Under the pieces are notes generated by a model that had not been told where the DNA came from, ran no database searches, and saw only the letters and a program-made list of their open reading frames with translations. The translations under genes and the position numbers were made by a program. Shown here one piece after another: positions 56,037 through 64,000 of a stretch of DNA of 64,000 nucleotides. The stretch's first letter is position 1; every line of letters starts with the position of its first letter. This DNA comes from an uncultured candidate division Zixibacteria bacterium (lineage in GTDB: Bacteria; Zixibacteria; MSB-5A5; GN15; FEB-12): contig CAVTJJ010000003.1 in the NCBI GenBank assembly GCA_963735035.1, positions 416,019 through 480,018 on the forward strand, written 5' to 3'.

Positions 56037-59000
56037 TTAGCTCTGGGTCGCCCCGGACGAGTCATACGAGGTCGTCCCGGTGACTACGACCCCGCCCATT
56101 TGGCCCGTGGCCACAGCATCGGCCGGTTCAGTAACGGTCGCTTTGCTTTCGGATTTGGACCCCGACAACAAAGTGTAAACCACAGGGACCAAAATGAGTG
56201 TCAAGAAGGTCGAAAATAGCATCCCGCCAACAACGGCTATCCCAAGGGGACGGCGCGATTCTGCACCTGCTCCCAGCCCAATTGCAATGGGCAACACTCC
56301 GAATATGGTCGCAAACGAAGTCATCAGGATTGGCCGCAATCTAATTGCCGACGCATTCACGACTGCCTCGATCACACTCCGTGAGGTTCTACGCAATTGA
56401 TTCGCATACTCGACAATCAAGATCGAGTTCTTGGTCACCAGCCCTATGAGCATGATCAGACCGATTTGCGAATATATATTTATGCTCTGCTTTAGAACGA
56501 AGAGCGAAATCAGCGCCCCTACTACGGCCAGCGGTACCGACAGGAGAATAGTCAATGGATGGATAAAGCTTTCGAACTGGGCGGCCAGCACCAGGAAGAT
56601 AAAAACCACGGCGAAGAGAAAGAGGAAGTACAACGTAGAGCTCGAATCGCGAAATTCACGCGACTGTCCGGACAGATCGGTCTTCACCCCCGCCGGGAGA
56701 TCGGCGGCAGCAATCTTGTCGAGATCATCGAGGGCCTGGCCCAGGCTGACTCCCGGCGCCAAGGTTGGCCGAGATGGTCGCCGAGCGTACGCGATTGAAA
56801 TGGTTCAGCTCTTTCGGCGCGACGGTCTCGCGCATGTTCACTACGGTCGCCAGCTGCACCAGCCCGCCTTTGCCGCGCACGTAGAGTTCTTCTATCGTAT
56901 TCGGCGTGGCCCGGTCGGACGGTTTCATCTGGGTGATGACGTCGTACTGCTTGGCGCCACGCTTGAAATTGCCCACTACTCGTCCGCCAAGATATGTCTC
57001 CAGGGCAGTGCCGATATCGGTCACCGACACACCCAGACCGGCGGCGCGCGCGCGGTCGATGGACAGATCCAGTTGCGGTTTGTTGAGGCGAAGGTCCGTG
57101 TCGAGATTGATCAGATACCCGAGCTTGCTCGCCTTGGCCATCATCGCACCGACTGCGGCCTGCAGCTCTTCGTACGTGTCCGCCTGAAGAACGTACTGCA
57201 CCGGCGAGGCAAAATCTTGCCCGAGCGACGGCGGGTTGATTAGAAAAGCCAGCACCCCCGGAATACCCAGCAGGCGCGGGAACATCTGCGCCACGACTTC
57301 CTGCTGCGAGCGGCTCCGTTCGCTGCGCGGCTTGAAGCACAGAAAAACGAATCCATTTGTAACCCGACCCGGTCCGCCAAATCCTAGCCCGGTGGCCGTA
57401 AACAGACCGGCGCGTTCCGGAAGGGGCATCAGGGCCGCTTCCACCTGTCGCATGTACCGGTCAGTATATTCCAGCGTGGCTCCTTCCGGTGCGATCACGA
57501 TGCCGAAAGCGGTGCCACGGTCCTCGGTCGGTACCAACTCGCTCGGGATGATTTTCAGCATGAGCCCCGATAAACCAACCAACACTACCACGCCAAATAC
57601 CGATGCCACGCGGTGGCGTAGCACGAATCCCAGCGTGCGACGGTAGGTACGGTCGAGCCAGTCAAAGAAGTTGTCAAATGAACGCGAGGCCCAGTTGCTG
57701 CTGGCGCCGTGCAGCGGCTTCAACAACCGAGAGCAAAGCATTGGTGTGAGGGTCAGCGCCACAAAACCCGATATCAACACGGCCACGGCTACGGTCAGGC
57801 CGAACTCGTTGAACAACCGTCCGACATTTCCCTGCAGAAACGCCAGAGGCACAAACACCGCCACCAGCGAGACGGTTGTTGCGAGCACCGCAAAACCAAT
57901 CTCATTGGCGCCGTCGAACGCGGCCTGAAGCCGGGTCTTCCCCATCTCCATATGGCGATAGACATTCTCGAGCACAACTATGGCGTCGTCGACCACCAGA
58001 CCGATTGCGAGCACCAGCGCAAGCAATGTCAGGATGTTGATCGTGAAACCAAAGAAGTAGGCGAAGGCGAACGCGCCGATGATCGACGCCGGAATGGCGA
58101 ATGTCGGGATGATAGTCGCGCGGAAACTCTTCAAGAAGAGCAAAATGACAATCACCACCAATATGATGGCGAGCACCAGCGTCTGGCTAACCTCACCGAT
58201 CGATTCCTGGATGAAAGTCGCTGAGTTGTACGCAACGTCCAACCGCATGCCGTCCGGTAACAGCTTGGACAGCTCCGGAAGATCATTGATCACGGCTTTG
58301 GCGACATCGATCGTACTCGCCTTGGACTGCTTGACTATTCCCAGTCCGATAGCCGGCTGGCCGTTGTACCGAACTGCCGTGCGCTCGTCCTCGGCGCCGA
58401 GAGAAACCTGGGAGACATCCCCCAGTTTGACAAAATCGTCACCGTTCTGCTTGACGATGATCGCGGCAAATTCCTCGGGCGTGGCGAGATCGCCGCGCGT
58501 ACGAACCGAGAATTCTCGTCCTTCACCTTCCACTCGTCCTGCCGGAATCTCCACATTTTCGCGCAGAATCGCCGCTTCGACATCGGCCGTGGTCAAACCG
58601 TGCGCGGCCATGCGCTGGGCATCGAGCCAGACCCGCATGGCATAACGTCGTTCTCCGCCGAGAAAGATCGATCCAACCCCGGGCAAGCGCTGGATACGAT
58701 CTTTGAGGACACGATCAGCTATGTCGGTCAGTTCGAGATTCGAGTGCCGGGGGCTCGACAGCGCCAGCCAGACAATCGGCTGAGCGTTGACATCGACCTT
58801 CTCAATGATCGGTTCGTCGGCTTCGCGGGGCAGTCTTCCTCGGATTCGCGAGACCCGGTCGCGCACGTCGTTGGCGGCCTCATCGACGTTACGTCCCAAC
58901 TCAAATTCGATCGTGATTATCGAACCCTGTTCCTGGCTGGACGAGGTCAGGGTCTTCACACCTTCGACGGTCGAAAGCTCTTCTTCGAGAACGTCGGTTA

Positions 59001-59187
59001 TTTCGGTTTCAATAACGTTAGGGCTGGCGCCCCGGTAGATGGTCGAAATCGACACGATGGGCGGGTCGATATCGGGATATTCGCGAACCGGCAGGCGGGT
59101 AAATGCTACCAGGCCTAGTAATATGATAATCAGCGTCAGGACCAGAGCCAGAACCGGTCGCTTGATTGAGATTTCACTCAGTTTCAC
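56037..59187 (-). pseudogene. RND efflux transporter (AcrB/HAE1-like), one +1 frameshift as given
   Basis: ORF 56725..59187 (MKLSEISIKRPVLALVLTLIIILLG..) and ORF 56037..56762 (APGVSLGQALDDL..) join as ..RSATISANL|APGVSLGQ... The junction aac ctt [g] gcg ccg lies at about 56760. Confidence 0.9.
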
Positions 59188-59200
59188 CTGAGACCTCCAC

Positions 59201-60277
59201 TTACGGAATCGCTGGAGCAGACGGCGCGCTGGCCTGCGTTATCGGAACGACCCGTGCGCCTTCGAACAGCTTTTGGTGTCCGGCACGCACGACGGTCATC
59301 CCGGATTTGAGGCCGCTCAGGACCTCGACCGTCTGACGTTGGCGACTGCCGAGGTTGACGGCTGTCCGCGCCACAGTGCTGTCGGGCTTCACTACGAACA
59401 CGAGGTTTTGATTGCCCTCAGCGAAAACCGCCTCATCGGGAATTACCAGCGCCTGATCGCGCTCGCTCAGCACTACCGAGACATTGGCCGACATGCCCGG
59501 ACGGAATTTGTTTCCCTGGTTCTTGACGTGGGCGATAATCCTTGCGCTGCGAGTGGCCTCATCGACCACCGGCTCGACTACCTCGATAGTACCGTTAAGT
59601 GAGAAATCAGGATAGGCGGTGGTCGACACGACGACCTGGGCGCCGCGCTTCAATTCGGAAAAGTACCGTTCCGGCGCCGCGAAGGTAACTTTGAGCTCGT
59701 CAAGCTGCGCCAGATCGGTAATGGCCGTACCGGGACGAACAAAGGCTCCGGGGCTGATGCGCCGAGCCCCGATAACCCCATCAAAGGGTGCAACGATTCT
59801 CGTCTTGGCCAGACTAGCGGCGATCATGGCGGAATCCGATTCAGCCACTTTGAGCGCAGCGGAAGCGTCGTCGTAATCCTGCGGCGATACGGCGCCCTGG
59901 TCGGCTAACCCTTTGATGCGGTTATAGGTGACTCTCTTTTGGTCCAGTACTGCCTTGGCCCGCGCCAGTTGGGCCTGCAATTGGGAATCGTCGAGTTGCG
60001 CGATCAAATCGCCTTTGTGGATGGCCGCCCCTTCGCGAAACGGCAGGTCACGCACGAGGGCGTCGATTTCCGATACGACCGTAATGGCCTCTACCGCATC
60101 GATTGTGCCAACCGCGTCGAAACGGTCAGTCACCACGTTGGGGTGAACCTCCGCCACTTCGACCGGCGTCGGCGGTGGTGTAAAACCTCCGGCCGGATGT
60201 TGAGCGGAGCAACCTGCAAGCATCAACAGAATCGCTCCCATCCAGTTGAAAGCCAGTGCCTTTGGAATTGTGTTCAC
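59201..60277 (-). CDS. RND efflux periplasmic adaptor (membrane fusion protein)
   Basis: Lipoprotein-like signal (LLMLAGCSA), a lipoyl hairpin (..HKGDLIAQLDDSQLQAQLARAKA..), and beta-barrel/MP domains. Directly upstream of the RND gene. Confidence 0.88.
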   Translation of the reverse strand: MNTIPKALAFNWMGAILLMLAGCSAQHPAGGFTPPPTPVEVAEVHPNVVTDRFDAVGTIDAVEAITVVSEIDALVRDLPFREGAAIHKGDLIAQLDDSQLQAQLARAKAVLDQKRVTYNRIKGLADQGAVSPQDYDDASAALKVAESDSAMIAASLAKTRIVAPFDGVIGARRISPGAFVRPGTAITDLAQLDELKVTFAAPERYFSELKRGAQVVVSTTAYPDFSLNGTIEVVEPVVDEATRSARIIAHVKNQGNKFRPGMSANVSVVLSERDQALVIPDEAVFAEGNQNLVFVVKPDSTVARTAVNLGSRQRQTVEVLSGLKSGMTVVRAGHQKLFEGARVVPITQASAPSAPAIP

Positions 60278-60526
60278 TTGGATCTCCGTCGACTAGTCGA
60301 GTTCAGCCTTAAGCCTGCGACCTCTTGGCGCAATATCAGATTATAATGACAGAGAGGTGGGCATGGTTCCCACAGAATGGACTTTTATAGTCTGCGTTAG
60401 AAATTAGTGAGGCTGCAGGCGCGGCTTAGACAGCAGGTTCCCGCGAACGGTGATTTTGGGTGTGGCGCGAAATCAGGCCGGACCGTTGATGAAACGATCC
60501 GGCGCGCAATCTTGGGAAGATACCGA

Positions 60527-60934
60527 TTAGTGTACTTTGGTTTCCTGGAGATAAGGCGTGTATTTCATATCCGTCTTCTGGATATGATCGACCAGCCAGT
60601 CCTTGAGGAAATTCATGACGTTCATTGTGAGCGTCAACTTGCCCTCGGTCATCTGCGTCTTGAACTCCGCTATCTTGGCCACGAACGCCTTATGCTGCTC
60701 CTTGTGCTGTACCAATCCAGGATAGTTCACCTCGGTCATGGCCTTTTCTTCAGCCGTGAAGTGGGTCACGGTATACCGTTCGAGATTGGTGAGCAGCCGC
60801 TCGACCACGTTGGCCCCCCGGCCGGTCTTCATAGCATCGTGAAGTTCGTTGGCCATCGCGAACAGTTTTTGGTGCTGAGCATCAAACTCTTTCACGTTGG
60901 TAGCAAAGCTTTTGTCCCAAACACAAAACGCCAT
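60527..60934 (-). CDS. bacteriohemerythrin
   Basis: 135 aa, MAFCVWDKSFATNVKEFDAQHQKLF..HFTAEEKAM..HKEQHKAF..FLKDWLVDHIQKTDMKY (hemerythrin His/Glu/Asp iron ligands). Start trimmed from 61075. Confidence 0.85.
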   Translation of the reverse strand: MAFCVWDKSFATNVKEFDAQHQKLFAMANELHDAMKTGRGANVVERLLTNLERYTVTHFTAEEKAMTEVNYPGLVQHKEQHKAFVAKIAEFKTQMTEGKLTLTMNVMNFLKDWLVDHIQKTDMKYTPYLQETKVH

Positions 60935-61125
60935 AATAACCTCTTTCCCTCTAACGACCTTGTGTTTTTGGTATTGTCGGAATCCCGGGGAGAATCTTGA
61001 TCCAGGAACTGAATCGACTGAGAGTAGTTCTATTATTGAACTTGTATTAATCCCCCTGGAGCGCCTGGTTGTCATGAACTTGGCGTGATCGACTACAATA
61101 TTAGTAAGAATTTGCGAAGGTCCCT

Positions 61126-62442
61126 ATGAAGAAGCGATATCTGATCCTGGCGGCTGTCCTGATAGTGGTTGGCCTGATAACTTACATGGTTGTATTCGGG
61201 TTCTCCGACTCCAAGGCAACCCAGTATGATTTCACTACGGTCGGCCGTGGCACTATTGAAAACACGATTTCAGCCTCGGGAACATTATCACCGGTCACAT
61301 CGGTGGAGGTCGGTACACAGATTTCCGGCACCGTCGCGCACGTCTATGTCGATTTCAACGACCCGGTTCAAGAGGGTCAACTGCTGGCAGTTCTTGACAC
61401 GACCGTATTGAAATCGGCGGTCCTGGACGCAGAGTCGGGTGTTGAAAGAGCCGACGCGCAACTGGCTCAGGCTCAATCGGACTACGACCGTAATAAATCG
61501 CTCCTCGACAACAAGTTGATCGCCGATGCGACCTTTCTGCCGTTTGACATCGCCCTGCGTATGCAGAAAGCCGCCCTGAAATCGGCCCAGGTTGCATTGC
61601 AGAAGGCCAAACGCAACATGGAGTACGCCGTCATCGAGTCACCCATCAAGGGGATTGTCATCAGCCGTAACATTGAGGCCGGTCAAACCGTAGCCGCGAG
61701 CCTGTCTACACCGACCTTGTTCGTGATCGCCCAGGACCTCTCCCATATGGAGATTTTGGCTGACGTCGACGAGAGCGACATCGGGCAGATCAAAGACGGC
61801 CAGTCAGTGCGGTTCGAGGTGACCGCCTACCCCGGCAAGAAATTTACCGGGGTTGTCCGCCAGATACGGCTTCAGCCACAGACGGTTTCAAATGTCGTGA
61901 CTTATACTGTGGTAGTGCAGGCTTCAAACGAAAACAACCTGCTACTCCCCGGCATGACGGCATCGCTCGAATTTGTAATCGATCGCAAAGAAGACGTCCT
62001 GATGATCTCCAACAAGGCTCTTCGGTTTACTCCGGACTCCCTGACCGTGGCCGCGGCAATGGCAAAGCAACGAACGCGTGCCGATGAGGCGCGCCAGTCG
62101 CGCGAACCCGGCGGGAGCGATTCGACCGCTTCACGCGATCCACTTCCGGGCGGGAGCGACTCGACCGCCTCTGCGGGCTCCCATGCGGGGGGGCCGCCCC
62201 ATTCGGCGGACGGGAAATCCAGGCGTCCGTCCATGGTCTGGTATGTGGACAGCACCGGCGTGCTGGCGGCCGCACCGTTCCGACCGGGTATAACCGACGG
62301 CACCAACACGGAGATTCTGGCCAGTCGCACGCTGACCGAAGGAATGAAAGTCATCGCCGGACAAAAAGGACAAACTTCGACCAAGGCCCCGGCTGTTGCG
62401 CCCAGCGGTCAGCGTCCTGGCGGCTTCCGTGCTCCCTTCTAG
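61126..62442 (+). CDS. HlyD/MacA-type periplasmic adaptor with a low-complexity insertion
   Basis: N-terminal TM, a lipoyl hairpin (..VQEGQLLAVLDTTVLKSAV..), a coiled coil and a beta-barrel. Residues ~315-360 are a Ser/Gly/Pro-rich insert containing PGGSDSTAS twice. Confidence 0.88.
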   Translation: MKKRYLILAAVLIVVGLITYMVVFGFSDSKATQYDFTTVGRGTIENTISASGTLSPVTSVEVGTQISGTVAHVYVDFNDPVQEGQLLAVLDTTVLKSAVLDAESGVERADAQLAQAQSDYDRNKSLLDNKLIADATFLPFDIALRMQKAALKSAQVALQKAKRNMEYAVIESPIKGIVISRNIEAGQTVAASLSTPTLFVIAQDLSHMEILADVDESDIGQIKDGQSVRFEVTAYPGKKFTGVVRQIRLQPQTVSNVVTYTVVVQASNENNLLLPGMTASLEFVIDRKEDVLMISNKALRFTPDSLTVAAAMAKQRTRADEARQSREPGGSDSTASRDPLPGGSDSTASAGSHAGGPPHSADGKSRRPSMVWYVDSTGVLAAAPFRPGITDGTNTEILASRTLTEGMKVIAGQKGQTSTKAPAVAPSGQRPGGFRAPF

Positions 62443-62476
62443 GAACGTGAATCGGACGATGAGACCAGAGGCTACC

Positions 62477-63226
62477 ATGAACCCGGTAATAGAAATTCGC
62501 AGCCTGACGCGGACCTTCCAGGTTGGCGAGATCGCCATTCCGGCTCTGCGCGGCGCCAACCTGATCGTACAGCCGGGTGATTTTGTGGCCATCATGGGAC
62601 CGTCGGGATCGGGCAAATCAACGCTTATGAACTTGCTGGGTTGCCTTGATACCCCCTCCGGGGGCGAGTACTTACTCGATGGAGAGCGAGTGGACGGACT
62701 CAGTAAGAACGCCCGGGCCAACATCAGAAATCGCCGCATCGGCTTTGTCTTCCAGGGATTCAATCTGCTGTCGCGTACATCGGCGCTGGAAAACGTCGAG
62801 CTGCCACTGTTCTACAGCCGGGACCACCATATCGTGGATCGCGGGAAAGCGGCTGCCGAGGCACTGAAACGGGTCGGCCTGGGTGACCGGCTGGATCATA
62901 CCCCCAATCAGCTTTCCGGTGGTCAGCAACAACGGGTAGCAGTTGCTCGGGCGCTGGTCAATAACCCCGCTATCGTGCTGGCTGACGAGCCTACCGGCAA
63001 CCTAGACACCCGTACTTCGATAGAAATTATCGAGTTGTTCCAACGCTTGAACAGCGAAGGAGTAACGGTCATACTGGTTACTCACGAGAATGATATCGCG
63101 GCGTATGCCCGACGGGTTATTAAACTGCGCGACGGACACATCGTGAGCGATGCACCGGTTCTTAATCGACGCGACGCGGCCGCCGACCTGAAAGCGCTCG
63201 GCGCTCCTGAGGAGGAGCCGCAATGA
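62477..63226 (+). CDS. ABC transporter ATP-binding protein (MacB/LolD-type)
   Basis: MNPVIEIRSLTRTF.., Walker A GPSGSGKST, signature LSGGQQQR, Walker [12 protein letters not shown]. Start chosen at the Met with a GAGG RBS after the adaptor stop. Confidence 0.93.
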   Translation: MNPVIEIRSLTRTFQVGEIAIPALRGANLIVQPGDFVAIMGPSGSGKSTLMNLLGCLDTPSGGEYLLDGERVDGLSKNARANIRNRRIGFVFQGFNLLSRTSALENVELPLFYSRDHHIVDRGKAAAEALKRVGLGDRLDHTPNQLSGGQQQRVAVARALVNNPAIVLADEPTGNLDTRTSIEIIELFQRLNSEGVTVILVTHENDIAAYARRVIKLRDGHIVSDAPVLNRRDAAADLKALGAPEEEPQ

Positions 63227-64000
63227 ACATAATCAGGCTTTTGCGGGCCGCCTTTGCGAGCATCGCACGCAACCGGATGCGCAGTCTTCTAACCTCGCTG
63301 GGCATCATCATAGGTGTCAGCGCCGTGATTATCATGGTGGCTATCGGTGAAGGGTCATCGGCCAAGATCGAGGCGGAAATCAATTCGCTGGGCACCAACC
63401 TGCTGATGGTTATGCCGGGAAGTTCTACAACAGGTGGAGCCCACATGGGCGCGGGTAGCTTCAATCGCTTCACTTTCGACGATGTCGATAAGATCAGACG
63501 CACTGCTGATTTGATCGACGCCGTTTCGCCGGTGGTGCGATCGGGCGCCCAGATAGTCGGTGGCGGCTCCAACTGGTCGACCCAGGTCATGGGTGTTACA
63601 CCTGAGTACTTCAAAATCCGGAATTGGCAAATCGAGTCGGGCGAAGCCTTCACGGATAAGGACGTTACCGGCAACCGCAAAGTTGTCGTACTCGGCGCAA
63701 CCGTAGCCGAGCAGTTGTTTGCCGATTCGGATCCGGTGGGACAAACGATTCGGGTTCGAAATATCCCGATGGACGTAATCGGCGTATTGAAAGCAAAGGG
63801 TCAGAGCGGGATGGGCCAGGATCAGGACGACATAGTCCTTGCCCCGGCCACGACCGTGCTGTACCGGCTGAAGGGACGCCAGTGGATCGATATGATCAAC
63901 GCCAGCGCTTCGAGCAACGCGTCGATTGATGCGGCCATCGAGGAGCTTCGCAACGCCATGCGCGAATCGCATAAACTCCAGGAAGGCGAAGCCGATGACT
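63223..64000 (+). CDS. ABC transporter permease (MacB/FtsX type), N-terminal part, runs off the right edge
   Basis: Own translation from the ATG at 63223 (ATGA overlap with the ATPase stop) gives MNIIRLLRAAFASIARNRMRSLLTSLGIIIGVSAVIIMVAIG..TPEYFKIRNW..VVVLGATVAEQLF.. (MacB periplasmic core domain). Confidence 0.9.
   Translation, partial: MNIIRLLRAAFASIARNRMRSLLTSLGIIIGVSAVIIMVAIGEGSSAKIEAEINSLGTNLLMVMPGSSTTGGAHMGAGSFNRFTFDDVDKIRRTADLIDAVSPVVRSGAQIVGGGSNWSTQVMGVTPEYFKIRNWQIESGEAFTDKDVTGNRKVVVLGATVAEQLFADSDPVGQTIRVRNIPMDVIGVLKAKGQSGMGQDQDDIVLAPATTVLYRLKGRQWIDMINASASSNASIDAAIEELRNAMRESHKLQEGEADD

Overview
64-kb, almost fully coding chromosomal segment of a diderm (Gram-negative-type) bacterium. 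No rRNA or other marker lets me name the taxon. All homology statements come from reading motifs by eye, not from database searches.

Contents, left to right:
1. A minus-strand respiratory block: Rieske / cytochrome b / nonaheme cytochrome c (7477-10394), followed by a nuo operon in the order nuoA-B-C-D-H-I-J-K-L-M (1-7235). The operon lacks nuoEFG, and its distal part is riddled with +1 frame disruptions.
2. ridA, a TSP3-repeat OmpA-family protein, aqpZ, an HD-GYP protein, and a BACON/BNR lipoprotein.
3. A REP-associated tyrosine transposase (RAYT) sandwiched between two arrays of CGGCAG...CTGCCG hairpin repeats.
4. mfd, motAB and a CPA2 antiporter.
5. An initiator tRNA-Met gene preceded by four tandem promoter-plus-5'-half pseudo-copies of itself. 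One junction carries a minimal GIY-YIG nuclease gene.
6. A membrane-sensor/GAF histidine kinase plus a porin.
7. An ABC export cluster next to a divergent NtrC-type two-component pair. It has one HlyD adaptor, two ATPases and four ~790-aa double-FtsX permeases.
8. A 1695-aa eight-PAS hybrid kinase.
9. A papain-like C1 peptidase fused to a lipase-like alpha/beta hydrolase, and a zinc metallopeptidase.
10. An RND pump, a hemerythrin, and a second MacAB-type ABC pump that runs off the right edge.

There is no CRISPR array, prophage or recognisable defence island, and I do not see an unambiguous new multi-gene system. The structures least explained by ordinary annotation are:
- the tRNA-fMet half-copy / GIY-YIG array;
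- the REP/RAYT module together with a second, related palindromic repeat family;
- the C1-peptidase/hydrolase fusion;
- the multi-permease ABC cluster.

Several otherwise well-conserved genes carry single-base (+1) frame disruptions. These may be assembly errors rather than biology.
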